From positions 209,698 through 273,697 of the forward strand of contig MU053823.1 of assembly GCA_013239625.1 (NCBI GenBank): a stretch of 64,000 nt of DNA. The letters run 5' to 3'. The position numbers and the translations under genes were made by a program. The notes beneath the pieces were generated by a model, which had not been told where the DNA came from, did not search any database, and was given only the letters and a program-made list of their open reading frames with translations. Shown here piece after piece: positions 38,383-52,110 of the stretch. Each line of letters begins with the position of its first letter. Within the stretch, counting starts at the first letter, position 1. This stretch comes from Lama guanicoe. Lineage: Eukaryota.

Positions 38383-41021
38383 CTGCAAGAACAGAATCCA
38401 AAGCAAAATCTCAAGTCAGAATAAAAATTGCAGAAAAGAAGGTCAGGGAAGGATATCTGGGATCTTGAAGCAATGTGGCCTGATGGCAACTGAGATCCAG
38501 GCCCTCAAGTTTCCTTTCCTGGGTCTGTCAGGGACGTTCTCTGAAGTCTAGGGTAGCCACCGTTATCTTCAACAAGGAACATACTTTATTTAACAAATTA
38601 AAGATACTTTTTCCTTGGTAATTGCAGCTTGCATAGTCTCATGCTCTAGTGCTGAGAATATAAATTGGAACAACTTCTTTGGAGAGCAGTTCGGCAGTGC
38701 CACCAATACTGCAAAGGTAATTTACCCTTTGACCCAGAAATTTCTCTTTGAGAAATTTTTCCTACAGACATTCACACATATGCAGCTTTTACAAAAGAAT
38801 AAAGACAGGCTTTTTTTTTTCACAGATATGGGGTGATGTGCAAGGTACAGAGTTAAGGGAAATAGTTAAGAAAACAGTTTTCTGTGAAACAGTGTATGCT
38901 AATACGCATCTCTGGAAATAGACACACGCATCTGATAACACTGTTTTGCCTCAGGGGAGGGGAAATAGGTCACTGGGGACAGACGTAGGGGAAGACTTTT
39001 TACTTTATTTTCTTCTGTACCTTCTGAATTTTGAACCATAAGATGCATTGCTTTGGAAACTCATTACTGGAAGAGTAATGAGTTTGGGTTGAAAACGTGT
39101 TTAAGGATGAGATGCTCCTTTATACTAACTATGCTGCATATAGCCTGTATCTAAGAATGCTATTTTTTTAATCTGGAAAATAGAAGTGTTTCTTACCTAA
39201 ATTTTTATTTTAAAATTAGAGCAGTCTCATAGTCTGATAGTATAGAACTTAGGTGAGAAGACTAAACATCTATAAAGTAAGATATTTAACTTCTAGTTTT
39301 GATTTCTTTATTTGGTAACCTTTAATTTGGATATTGGGAAAATAAGTCTACCTATTCAGGACTCACTTCCATACTTAAATTTTAGGTAAATTATCCTGTA
39401 GATGTGTGTGTATCTGTGAAGCTTTTTTAACTTATTGAAAGAAAGAAATTCATTGTAGAAATATCTTAAAATGAGAGTTCTGCATGAGGAACATTTGGAC
39501 TGCCAAATCCAATAACACTAGATTTCTAGTGACATAAAAAAATACATTTACACTATAGAAGAATATTGAATGAAATAAATGTTGATTTTAGATGTTACAC
39601 TAAATGCAAAAAAGGTATCAACACATAACTGTATTTGTGTAACCACAATTCAAAAAATTAAATGAAATTTAATCTTTTGCAATGTATTTTTAAAACATGC
39701 ATATTAAAAGCTTCTTAATGGAGTACATATAGTAGAGTCAGCATAGAAAAGCAAAAATACATCAAAATACTAACAGTGATAATCACCTTGTACAATTATT
39801 AGTGATTTTTACTTTTTATGTCTGTCCTCATAGTTTCTCTAATTCCTATGATGGGCATGTAATACTTTTGTAAAGAGACTTTTAATAGCATTTTAATGTT
39901 CCTAAACTATTTTCCCCTCTCAAACAGAGCACCCTAGAAAGATGACCTAGAAATGAACATACCAGCGATAAATAAGAACATGCAATGTGCACTGTATATA
40001 AATAAAAACCACTGTCTGGAAATCAAAATAATTATACTCAAGTTCCAACTCATCACCAGTTGTGTGATCTCACACTTATACTTTAAAATGTACATTATTT
40101 TTGAGTTAACAGTTCTGTTCCTTACAAATTAGCACTGATATAATCCAAAAAAAGGATATATACAAACAAAAATGTCAAATTCTGCATAATTTATAGTAAT
40201 AGAAATAAATCAAAATTTCTAAGTATAATGGAATGATTTAGCAAATTGTAGCAATGCTTTCAAAGGATAATACTAAAAACTGTAACAATAAGACTACGGA
40301 GCAAAAAGAAAGCTTATGGAGTTACGCTAAAGAAGATACTTCATGGGAGTTTACTGGCTAAGATATAAAATCAAATACCAATTTTGGCACTTACACTGTT
40401 ATCTGCCTATCTCAGAAAGTGTTTTTCAGGGCACAGTGTAAAAGTGATTTGTTTCATCTTCAAATTCCCATAGTCACAGGGTCTACTTAAGTGTTCGTAA
40501 TACCTTCTTCCTACCATTCTAGTGCGAACTGTAGGGGAGGAGAAAAAACCCAGATACATAGATCAGTTTCTTTTCTGACAACATCTTATTGTCACCCATT
40601 TGCAAAATTATTGGTGTCCTCCTTATTTGCACAGGCAGAAAAAGAGAAATACTTAGAATGGAAACAGCTGGTCCAAGGTTGCTCCAAACATCACTAAAGA
40701 GATAAAGCTCTCCCAATAAAAGTCTTGCTGCAGTTCAGAAGCAATAAAGAGCAACAGAACTGCCCCAGCTTGCGTTTCATAGTTGAGATCATAAAAGCGA
40801 ATGGTTAGAAAAGAATTTACCTGAAACCTAAGATCAGATTGCCAACCATACAACCAATTTTCATATGCCAACTCTAGACTTCAAACTGAACCAAAAGCAT
40901 TTCCTCAAATTATCCTCTGCATGTTTGCATCCTCTACTCTAAACAAATTTTCCAATCCATTCATCCCTTAGCCTATGGTCAGTCACTATGGACAGTTCTC
41001 ATACTAACTTGGCTAACTCAC

Positions 41022-41103
41022 CTGTTTGCTGTGGTCTGCAGTCATTCTGGGCTTGGGGTGCAGTAGAAAATGCCAATATGGAATAAGTAACACTGTCAGT
41101 CAT
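41022..41103 (-). CDS. KLRG1: KLRG1 coding exon 1 (cytoplasmic tail with ITIM)
   Basis: Reverse complement translates MTDSVTYSILAFSTAPQAQNDCRPQQT (ITIM VTYSIL); 82 nt, followed by GTGAGT donor. Confidence 0.95.
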
Positions 41104-41215
41104 TTTTACCTAGTATCTTTCACATTCAGTTGAGAGGGTAAAATTACAGATGTGAGAAGAGACAGACGTCAGTGAGGAAACAGCCCAATCTCTAAACTGC
41201 TAGCAGGAAACTTGA
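41104..41215 (-). promoter_or_regulatory. KLRG1: KLRG1 proximal promoter/5'UTR candidate
   Basis: Immediately upstream of the ATG; CRE-like AGACGTCA, CCAAT, T-box-like AGATGTGAGA and CAGGAAA motifs. Motif matches only. Confidence 0.5.
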
Positions 41216-42075
41216 AGGTTTGTTTTTAAAAAAAAAAAAAAAAAGGTCCAGCATGACAAAAACAGAAGTAATTTTTCAGGAAATCATTCAAATTCTAGAG
41301 ATGCCTGTAGAAATTAATGTTCTAAACTTTGACTTTTTCATGTTTTGTTTATTTTATTTACTTATTTACTTGGTATCACCATACTCTCTAGATGCTTGTT
41401 AAGTACATTTTAAGCTGGTTCCCCATCGTTGCACTTAAATTTAGCAATTTCAATTATGGAAACTGAAATAAAAATAAGAATGAGTTCCTAGCTGTGAATT
41501 TATCTCAAGATCTTGTATTCGCTTCGTTTCCTTTCAAGAAAACAGGTGCATTGCCAAGTGAGGCTGATTTCCTTGCTTCTTGGAGCTTTGGGGTAGTGAC
41601 ATGTGATAGAGAAATGGATGTGGGTTGCAAGTGCCCGGAATCAGGGGAGACGTGGACTACTGCCCAGATACATGTTTTGTGAATACTCTGCACTCCTAGG
41701 TTTCCAAAACATTCTCCCAATTGTGCTCTAATCCTTACCCTCCACAGAGTAAGAAATTCCATTAAAATTTCTCTCCTTGTTCTCTTATTTTTATATGCAA
41801 AGACAACTAGAAAGAGGAACAAATTAAATAAATACATACTAAGGTGTTAGAAATTTACTTCTAATAGGTGAAGTGTTAATAAAAAGTTAAAGGAAGGAGA
41901 CTAGAAAGGGAATTGAAATTCCAAGAATAGGTAAGGTCACCAAGATAAAATGTACAAAGACAGAAGAGGAGAAAGAGAAGAGAAACAGGGAGAGCATATT
42001 AATGAAAAACTAAGAATAGCTCTATTTCCAGCCATGACAGAGTGATACTGGACTTGACCTGCAGCCAAAACACGA

Positions 42076-42089
42076 TGTGTATATATATA

Positions 42090-42142
<53 letters not shown>

Positions 42143-42146
42143 TACA
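42076..42146. repeat. (TA)n(CA)n microsatellite ~1 kb upstream of KLRG1 ATG
   Basis: Direct observation. Confidence 0.95.
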
Positions 42147-42641
42147 TGAGGCAACTGTTTTCAGGCCTGGAACAGGCAGCACCGTGATGCTGGAGAGAAC
42201 ATAAGACACAAAGGTAAGCACTGTGACCACCCCGGACCACTTTCTGGCCCAAAGCAGGAAAGTGAATCCTAAACAGAGCAGGAGTCTCATGAAGCTGAGG
42301 AGGCACAGATCCAAACTCTGAGCTGCTGACATGCCTGGAATGTGCAGATCAGGGTGACTGACCCGAGAGAGCTGCACAGAGAGAGGTGTCTGGAAGATGC
42401 CGTGGGAGTGCGGCCTGGGGCCCTGGCTAAGAGCTGGGTCCACGGACAGGCCTGCGGTCCCTGCTGAGGGGGCCTGCCGCGCCGCCAACAGCTGGAAAGC
42501 GAGACCAGCGGTGGTTCAGTGCTGGCCGCTGCGAACAAAGAGCCAAAACCCAGACTGACAGAACCAAAAAAGATCCTTATGAGAACATACACTCATACTG
42601 ATAAAAGGAAGACAACACAAACGACGTGTGGTCTATACGCG

Positions 42642-43169
42642 CGTCGGGGTGGGGGAAATTTCCCCCCATGCCCCTCTAAAGTTCTTGTGGCTGGACTAAT
42701 AATAAAATCGACACAAGACAGATTAACAGAAGAAAAAGAAACAAATGTTAATTCATGCACATGGAGGCCTCATAGAAATGGGACCTAAGAAGCGGCCAGA
42801 GCAGGCAGCTTTTATACTTTCCAAAGAAACAATAACTTTGTGAGGAACTAACGGGACAAAGAAACTCGGGTTTTCGCTGTCCCATCAGTGAAGAATCTAA
42901 ACAGAGTTTGGGGCTAGGGTAGTAAATTAAAGACATAACAAGTTTGTTTATACGAGCTTCTGGGCCCCAAATTCCCTGTCTTTGGCAGTAAGGGCAGACT
43001 TCTACCTCCAGACGCGGGGAGTGCACCTTTCACGTGAGACTCGTTTCCTGCTTCAGGGAGACAGAAAGGAAGATCACATTGCGTTGGCCATTTCTTAAGT
43101 AACTTTCAATTAAAATAATCTCTATGCCATTGAGGCATATTTGGGGACAGCCTCCCCTGGGCCCCAACA
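42642..43169 (-). mobile_element. ERV1-class solo LTR inserted in an L1MB-like 3' end
   Basis: Inverted ends cgtcgggg...ccccaaca; interrupts L1 tgtggtctata|catacaatgaaatattattcagc. Confidence 0.75.
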
Positions 43170-43471
43170 CATACAATGAAATATTATTCAGCTTTGAAAA
43201 GGAAGGAGATCCTCTCATGTCCTACAATACAGATAAACCTGGAAGACATTATGCTAAATGAAATAAACCAATCACAAAAAGACAAATACTCCAATGATTC
43301 CACTTACATGACACACCTAAAGTGGTCAAACGCATAGAAACAGAAAGTAGACTGCTGGCTGCCAGGAGCTGGAGAGAGGGAGAAATGGGGAGTTGTCTGA
43401 TGATTAAAGAGTTTCAGTTTTGTAAGATGAAAAACTCGTGGAGCTCTGCTGTACAGCAATGTGAATATGCT

Positions 43472-43873
43472 TGTATTAGTCTGCTCAAGTTGCCATGGCA
43501 AAATGCCACGGCCCGGGTGGCTTAAACAAGAGAAATTTATTTTCTCAGTTCTGGACACTGGAACTCCAAGATTAACGTGCCTGCATAGTTGGTGTCTGGT
43601 GGGAACCCCACCTCGGGTTGTAGCAGCCACCTTCTCACTACGGTCCTACGCGGCCTTTCTTCAGTGCATGCCTGCCAAAGAGAGCCAGCCAGCTCCCTGG
43701 GGCCTCTTCTGAGAAGGACGCTAATCTGATCAGATCAGGACCCCACCAGTATGACCTCATTTAACTCTAATTACTTCCTTAGAGGCCCTTCTCAAAATAC
43801 AGCCACACTGGAGATTAGGCCTTCAATACATGAATTTGGGGGTGGAAGGAACACAAAAATCCAGTCCATAACG
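43472..43873 (-). mobile_element. MLT1A-type MaLR solo LTR nested in the same L1 3' end (43170-43920)
   Basis: tgtattagtctgctc..gtggcttaaacaagagaaatttattttctcagttctgga..cagtccataac; TSD atgct / atact. Confidence 0.88.
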
Positions 43874-43917
43874 ATACTTAACACTACTGCACTACACTCA
43901 AAAATGGTTAAGATGGT

Positions 43918-44052
43918 AAAAAGAAAAAAGAAAGGAAGGAAAGAGAAAGAAAGAGAGAACAAGAAAGAGAGAAAAAGAAAAAGAAAGAAAGGAAGGATGG
44001 AAGAGAGAAAGGAGGAAAGAGAGAAAGAGAGAGAAAGCAAGCAAGCAAAGCA
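43918..44052. repeat. Purine-rich (GAAA/GGAA) low-complexity tract
   Basis: Direct observation; probably an expanded L1 tail. Confidence 0.9.
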
Positions 44053-44349
44053 AGGCAACATAGGAACCAGAGCTCCCTGAGGAAATGACTAGTTCGGGGG
44101 CCAGAGAAGAAAACACACACAATGGGCCTGGAGCATCTCTCAGTCTTTTACTGTTAGAAAACAAGGGAGTACTCAAAAAAAAAAAAAAAATGAGGGCCTG
44201 TCAGAGGGACTCAGGAATCAACCTGGAAAAGCTTCCAATGGCCGAAATGAATCAATTAGAGCAACAAAATAAACTGGATTATATTGTAAGTATTGGATGT
44301 ATTATATTATAACCTAGGAATTTTTTAAAAACCTATAAATCCATACTGA

Positions 44350-45750
44350 AATATTTTTATTTATTCCTGAACAAATAAGAATTGTATGCATGTATGAAAG
44401 TTTTGATATAAGTATGCATTGTGAAATGATTACCGCAATCAAACTAACATATCCATCACCTCCAGTAGTTACCATTTGTGTGTGTGTGTGTGTGTGTGTG
44501 TGTGGTGGTAAACACTTGAAATCTACTCTTTTAGAAGATTTCAAGTACACATTCAATACATTAACTATAGTCATCACGCTGTATATTAGGTCTCCACTAT
44601 AGTCATCACGCTGTGTATTAGGTCTCCAGAACTTACACCTATTCATCTTATAACTGAAATTTTATACCGTTTGATCAGTTATCTCTCCTTTGCCTCCACC
44701 CATCAGTCCCTGGTAACCCTTCTATTCTTTGTTACTACTACGAGTTCAACTTTTTTTAGATTCCAAATAGTGAGATCATGTGAAATTCATCTTTCTGCGG
44801 GTGGTTTCACTTAATGTCCTCTGGGTTATTGTAAATGGCAGGATTCCCTTCTTTCTTAAGGCTGAATAATCTCCCATTTTATATATGTGTGTATGTGTGT
44901 GTGTGTGTGTAAACATATATATATAAATCTCACATTTTCTTTATCCATTCATCTATCAACGGACACAAAGGTTGTTTCCATATCACAGTCATTAAGAATA
45001 ATGCTGCAATGAACACAGCAAGCAGGTATCTGTTTGAAGTACTGAATTTATTTCGTTTGGCTATGTACCCAGAAGTGAGATTGCTGGATCATATGGTGGT
45101 TCTATCTTTAATTTTTTTAGGGGTTTTCATACTGTTTTCCATAGTGACTGTACCAATTTACATTTCCATTCATTTGGGTGTTTCCTTTGCTCTGCAGAAA
45201 TTATTTAATTTGATGTAGCTCCAACTTGTTTATTCTTGCCTTGTTGCCTGTGCCTTTGGTGTACATTCCAAAAACTCATTGCTCATTGATTGCTCAATCA
45301 CTGACTACTGTCAAGGAGTTTCTCCCCTACGTTTTCCACTGGGAGTTTAATGGTTTCAGGTCTTACTTAATTTTAATTCTTTAATCCATTTTGAGTTGTT
45401 TTTGTGCACGGTGTAAGAAAAGGGTCCAATTTCATTCTTTTGCATGTATGTTTATATTTTCCAACATCATTTAGAGACTATCCTTTCCTCACTGTATATT
45501 CTCAATGACTTTAGAAATCAGCTGACTATACATATTTGAGGGATGGCATGATGCAGACAAAATGAAACTGGTCTTCCTTCCCTTTTTGGTGGTGATTTTC
45601 AAGTTTTTGGCTCCACTGTGTTACTAAGTGGATTCCCAAGATCTCCCAGAGCTATTTTCATTAATAGATAACAGTCTAATTTTTGTTCTTTGTGTGGAGG
45701 ACAGAGGCTGGAGTCTCCAACTCTGCCATTATGCTGCAGTCACTCCTCTG
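44350..45750 (-). mobile_element. Internally deleted L1MA-like element with 12-bp TSD
   Basis: TSD aatccatactga at 44338-44349 and 45751-45762; L1 3' end at left, L1 5'-like start at right. Confidence 0.8.
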
Positions 45751-45762
45751 AATCCATACTGA

Positions 45763-48700
45763 TTCAAATAAATTACTGAATAAAGAAATAAAGGGAGGAG
45801 ATGTTATAAATTTTCCTTACAGAAAATGGATAGGGGAAAAACAGTAATTTTACAGTGGAGAAACCTGGCAAATACAAACTCAAATCATGAACAGGGTTAG
45901 CTGTGTGAACCACCAGTGGCAAGTCTTGTTGATATCATGCATTCCCAACGTGAGGCAATGAGAAAGGCACCTGGCCACTATGGTATATTTCATCAAAAGC
46001 CACATCTTCAGTCTAAATATGAAAAATAATCAGATAGCTTCGATTTGAGAGATATTCTACTAAATATCTGAGCAGTACTCTTCAAATTCATCAAGGTCGT
46101 AGAAAGTAAGAAAATACTGAGAAACAATCACAGGCCAGAGAAGACCAAGAAAATGTGAAAACTAAATGCTACGCTGGATTAGATCCTGGGACAGGGAAAA
46201 AAAAATTAGTGGAAAACTGGTGAAATTCAAAGAAAACCTGGAGTTAGTTAATAATAATGTAGCAGTCTTTATTTCTTGGCTTTGACAAATGTACCATGGT
46301 TACTTAAGATGCTGACATTAGGGGGAAAGGGTTAAGGTTATAAAGGAATGCTCTGTGCTATCTTTGAAATTTGCTGAGAATAAATCTTAAATGTTACTAC
46401 TACCAAAAGGTAATTATGTGAGGTGATGCAGATGTGCTAACTAATTTTACTGTGGTCATCGTTTCACAATACATACATGTATCAAATCATCACATTGCAC
46501 ACCTACTCAATTCAGCTTTATAGTACAAAAGCAGCCACAGACAAACGTAAACAAATTAGTGTGTCTGTGTCCCAATAAAACTTGATTCACAAAAGGGGTG
46601 GCAAGTGAACTAATGTCAATTGGTCAAGTGAGTTGATGGTGTTTTCCCAGTCTCCTGTATGACTGCAGATTTTCTGACCATGTTAATTATGAGAGGGGGA
46701 TACTGAAATCTCCAACAATAATTGTGGATTTCTCTTTTTCTCTCAGGTTCTGCAGGTGGGTTTATACCTATTGCCTTGCTATTTATTTTCTGTGTGTTTA
46801 ATTTATTCTTTGTTAATTTTTTTCCCTATTCTCCTGATCATCTTTTTAACCTGAATGTCTTTTATGATTCCATTTTACTTCTTTTATTGGCTTATCAGTT
46901 ATACCTTTCTCTTTCCTTGTTTCCTCTTTTTCTTTTTCCTCCATTCCTTCTTTCCTCTCTTTTTTTTTTTCTTTCTTTCTTCCCTTTTTTTTTTTTTTTT
47001 TTTTTTATTATATCTTTAATCACATTCTTCCTTCAAATAATATTATAACACTTCATGAATGTCAAATGAACCTTACAATAGTATACTTCCTCTCCCTCTC
47101 CCTGGCCATTGTCAACATTTTACTTCTATCTATGTTATAAATTCCACAATAGATTGCTAATATTTTTCTTTCAATCATTAATCTTTTAAAGGTATCTTTT
47201 TTAAAATTAGAACTTTTTTGTATTTATGCACATATTTGTCATTTCTAAAGTTCTTCAGTCTCTTGTATAAAACTAAATTTTTACATGGTATAATTTTCCT
47301 TCTGATAGAAGAACTTCCTTTAATATATCTTTCAGTGGTCTGTTTGTAAGGAATTTCTCAGCTTTTGTTCATCTGAAAAAAAAATGTTAGTTTGCCTTCA
47401 TTTTTTAAAGGTATTTTTTGTACATATGCAATTCTAGGTTGACAGGGTTCTCCACCCCTACAAAAGCACTTGAAAGGTATCTAATTTTGTCCGACTTGCA
47501 TAGTTTCTGACGTGAAGTACGCCGCTGTGTATTTTTTCCTCACTACTTTTAAGATGTTCTCTTTACCACTGCTTTTCAGCAGCTTGATAATAATATGTCT
47601 TCAAGTTTTTTTCTGCCTGATGTTCATTGAGCATATTTGATTTGTAAATTTATAGCTTCCATAAAATTTTGAAAAATTCTGGCCAATATATTTTCTGCCC
47701 TCTTTCTCAAACTTAAATTATAAATATATTAGAATATTTGATATTATACCATAGGTAACTGAAGCTGTGTTTTTTGTTTGCTTGTTTGTTTGTTTGTTTT
47801 GTTGGGAAGGGGGTCTTTTTTCCCCCTTGTGTTTATTTTGGATATTTTCTAATATGTCTCAAGCTAGCTAACCTTTCCTTCTGCATCTTCTAATATGCTA
47901 TTAATTCCATTCAGTATATTTTCATTGCATCACTTCAGATACTGTATTTTTGACTTGTAGAAGCAAATTTGGGTTATTTAAAAAATATCTGGGCCTTTTC
48001 TCTTTATCATGTTCAATTTTCCTTGGTCTACTGAACATATGAAGTGTATTTATAATCGCCCTTTTAACATCCTTTCTGCAAGTTCTCTCATCTTTGTCAT
48101 TTCTGGGTCAGTTCCTAATGACTGATTTTTCTCCAGGTTATGGGTTATATCTGCCTCCTCTGCATGCCTGGTCACCTTTTGCTGGATGCCAGACATTGTG
48201 AATTTCACGCTGTTGGTGCCAGATTGTGTTGTGTGTTTTAAAAAGTGCTGGCTTTTGTTATTGGACACAGTTAAGTTACTTGGTACCCTTTGAGGCTTAC
48301 TTTTTGTCAAGAATTAATAAGCAGAGGAAACTGGGGGGCTCATCTTATTTTCCTTCTCTCAGGAATTACTGTCCTGTGCTGCCTGTTATCCAGTCTCTGA
48401 AAACCATCATTTCATACGTTTCCCAGTTTGCTAGTTGTTTAAGATGAGAGAATAAGTCCAGTCCCAGTTACACCATCGTGACCAGAACAAGTCTGAAAAA
48501 AGGAGCAACTGCCAAAATAAGACAGCAAGATTACAAGATATAAGTTCAAAATACATGATCAATTGTATTTCTATATACTACTAGCAAATGTTTTGAAAAT
48601 AAAACTTTCAAAATAATTTCACTTATTAAAGCATCAAAAAAAATAAGTACTTGGGAATAAATGTAACAAATGACATGTAAAACCTCTACACTGAAAACTA

Positions 48701-50930
48701 CGAAGTATTTCTAAAAGAAACTAGGTAAGAGCTAAATAGTTGTATCCTACTCGTGGACTGTAAAATTCAACGTTGTTAAAATGTCAATTTTCCCCAAACA
48801 TACCTACAGATTTACATTAATCCCAATTACAATTCCAGCAAGTTTTTTTTAAATAAAAATTGACAGGTTGAGTCTATATACTTATACATATGGAAATGCA
48901 AAGGACCTAGAATAGCCAAAATAGTCTTGAAAAGACAAGGAAGATATATACTACCTTACTTCAAGACTTATAAAACTAAAGGAATCAAGACAGTTTATTG
49001 TTAGCATAATAATTAACAAAGAGATCAATGGAACAGAACTAAGACCAGAAATAGAACCACATCTATACGGTCACTGATTTTCAACAAAGCTCCAAAGCAA
49101 TTTAAGGGAGAAAGAAAAGTCAACAAATGTTACTGGGAGACCACATGAGAAAAAAAACTGACCTCTATCCTACCTCAACCAAACACAAAAATTAATTCAA
49201 AATTGATTCCAGACATAAACATAAAAGCTAAAAGTATAAAGCTTCTTAGAAGAAAACATAGTTACAACCTAAACACCCATCAAAAGAAAAACAGATCAAC
49301 AAGTTATGAAATATTCACACAGTATAATGCTATCCCGTACCCCCCCAAAAAACCCTGCTACTGATAATATGCAACAACAGAACCTCACAGACATCATACC
49401 ATTATATTGAGTGAAGGAAACCAAACAGTGTATGATTCAATTTCATATGAAATTCTAGAATAAGCAAAATGAATATATGGTGAACATTTCAGAACAGTAG
49501 TTGCCTCTAGGGTGAGAGAAATGACTGGAAAGCGGCATGAGGGAATGCTCTTGTGTGATGAAAATCTGCTAAATCTTGATTAGCAGGTGGTTACAGTTAT
49601 GATGCATTTGTCAAGATTCACTGAATAGTATACTTAAGAGTTCTGCATTTCATGATTTACACATTTTACCTCAACAACAAAAAATAAAACTTTAAACAAA
49701 CATTGACCTCTAATTAGCAGGCTTGCTTTAGACCATGGTTCAGTTTACCAGTTATAAAAACTACTTGTGTTTTCTCTTGTGTGAACAAACATATAAACAT
49801 ATTAAACCATAACGGTTGTCCACTCTTGGTAAGATATATAGATTTCCTAACTGTCTGCTCAGAGGGACTAAAGCAATGACATACAATAGCAATAAATACA
49901 ACCTGTAATCAGATCTTGGTTTCTCAATACCCTCTCCACTAAAAGGAACCAGTCCCCCTTGGAGAAACGACTGCTTCTAGGGTAAGAAAAGTACAAGAGC
50001 CACATGGAACACCTATGTGCTCAAAAGTAAGGAACTGCCCCAAAAATGACGAGGACACGTCGAAAGGACAAAGAAGCCACCAAGAAGAGGTTCCCACTGA
50101 CAGTTCAACAGTGACCCAGCTCCTCCAGTAATTTTTCTGTCACCTCATCAGTGGGCTGCATGTTCCTGTGGCAGGAACCACACCCTATCTTCAAAGGTCT
50201 GAACCTCTCCCCTGTGGTTGGAAAGGTAGCACTTCCTCTAAGTTTCTAAGTTGCTTCCTTGCTAACTCACCTTCAGCCCTCGAAGCAGCAGCTGCATTTT
50301 GTAGTTGCTACTTCTACGTAACTTCTGTGTAACTTAGAGTCCTCTCTTAACCCCTTTTAGTAATTGATTATTTTTTACTAAAAGGTAATTCTTCATACTG
50401 AATTTTTCCTTAAAGTCACACATGTGGTATCTGTCTTCCAGTTGGGTCCCGACAGATACAAGGACACATCACTCCTCTCTTCATCCCATCAAGAAATGAA
50501 TCCCTAAATATAACCAAGAGGAGACGTCGGACAAACTCAAAATGAGAGGCAATCTACAAAACAAGTGACCAGTACTTTTCAAAATTTCAAGATCAGGTAA
50601 GATAAAGAAAAATGACAACTAATTGCAACATATGACTCTGACTTGGCTTCTGTGATTAGGAATAGGAAGTAATTATAAAGTTTACTGAGACCACTGATGA
50701 AATTTGAATATGGACTATAGATTAGATAATGTTGTACCAATGTTAGAGTTGTTAATTTTGATAATTATACTGTGGTAATGTAAGAATGCCCTTATTCTTA
50801 GGAAATACACACCAATGTACTTAGTGGTAATGGGAAATTTAACCTTTAGATAACTCAAAATTAACATGTGTGTTAGGGTGTGGGGAGAGAGAGAGACCAA
50901 TAAAGCAAATGGGGCAACGCTTCTAAACAA
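45763..50930. mobile_element. Dense cluster of old L1 fragments in both orientations
   Basis: L1 ORF2 and 3'UTR motifs, e.g. tatggaaatgcaaaggacctagaatagccaaaa; minus-strand ORF1-like segment ~46600-48480. Confidence 0.75.
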
Positions 50931-51919
50931 GAAAATTTACCCTCTGTGTGTGGGAGGAGGGTGTGGATGTGGGCAGTGTGGGGAGCATCCTTGTTAAGGG
51001 TGAGGCTACAGAGGGGCAGAGCAGAAGGCAAAAAATAACTCTTGATTTCAACTTTTGCAGCTGGCGACAACCTTGAGATCATTGACACAGATACCTGCCA
51101 GAAGGGGCACTGAAGCCTGAGAGGCTGGGAGTGACCCAGCTCATTCGCAACTGGATGGAAGGGAAGCTCTCCCTCGCTCCCATTCTCACAAAAGACAAGT
51201 TATTCAGCCTACTCAACTGCATTTCTGGACCCTTCCCCACCTCCAACACGCACACTTCTCTCCCTCTCCCTCTCTCTCCAGCCCAACACTACTATAAGCA
51301 TAAGCAATGACCAGGAAGAAAATTACTGAAACGTGTAAACTTGAATTCACCAAAAAATGAACATCAATTCTAGAATGAAAGCTCATTGTGAAAGGGATTT
51401 TTGTCTTTTTTCCCTGATGCATCCCCAAAACCTGTAACAGTAAATATTTGCTCAGTAAATATTTGTTGAATGAATTGTAAAAGCAAGTCAACAGAAATGT
51501 CTTAAATGCTTAACACTAATGGCAATCCACACAGCTAAATATTATGCAAACATTCAAAAATTTATTTGTAAACTGAGTGATACGGAGAAATATTTTATAT
51601 TAAGTTTTTTAAAGGAAAGGAATAACATATTCCTGACGGAAATACAAAACCTCTTGGTGGGTTTATGGATTTTTGTTTTGTAGTTCTCCGTGTTTTCTGA
51701 TTACAAATTACTTCCATTATTGTAAAGAAACCTATCTTTCACTTTTCTTATTTTTTTCTTGAGGACACATCCAAACCCAACCCAGACATACCACCTAGCC
51801 TGAACTGAGTGTACCAATGAATAAACAAACGCAGCATCCTACACAGTCAGTATAACGAAGTGCTAGGGCGCACGGACTCAGGAAACTATACACCTACAAA
51901 TCTTATTTATCCCTAAATC

Positions 51920-52110
51920 ATGGAGCCTGAATACTGACTCCGTAACCTAATAGCTGTGGGGCCCTGAGCAACTCACTTAGCCTCTATCGGTTTTAATTTA
52001 TTCATCTGTAAAATGGAGATAAAATACTTCCTCATTAAGATTAACATGAAGATTCAGTGAATTAATACTCGTTTAAAACACTCAGTGCCGAGCACCATAG
52101 GGCTATGCAA
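51920..52110 (+). mobile_element. MIR
   Basis: gctgtggggccctgagcaactcacttagcctct..catctgtaaaatggagataaaa. Similar MIR cores at ~3760-3930, 4100-4325, 7230-7480, 33940-34180, 54400-54500, 55130-55320. Confidence 0.75.

Noticed and set aside
41937..42592. 183-aa and overlapping minus-strand ORFs upstream of KLRG1
   Set aside because: Run through a (TA)n(CA)n microsatellite and old repeat sequence; no domain or splice support.
43751..44176. Lys/Glu/Arg-rich and Phe/Leu/Ser-rich ORFs
   Set aside because: Translations of an MLT1 end and a purine-rich simple repeat.
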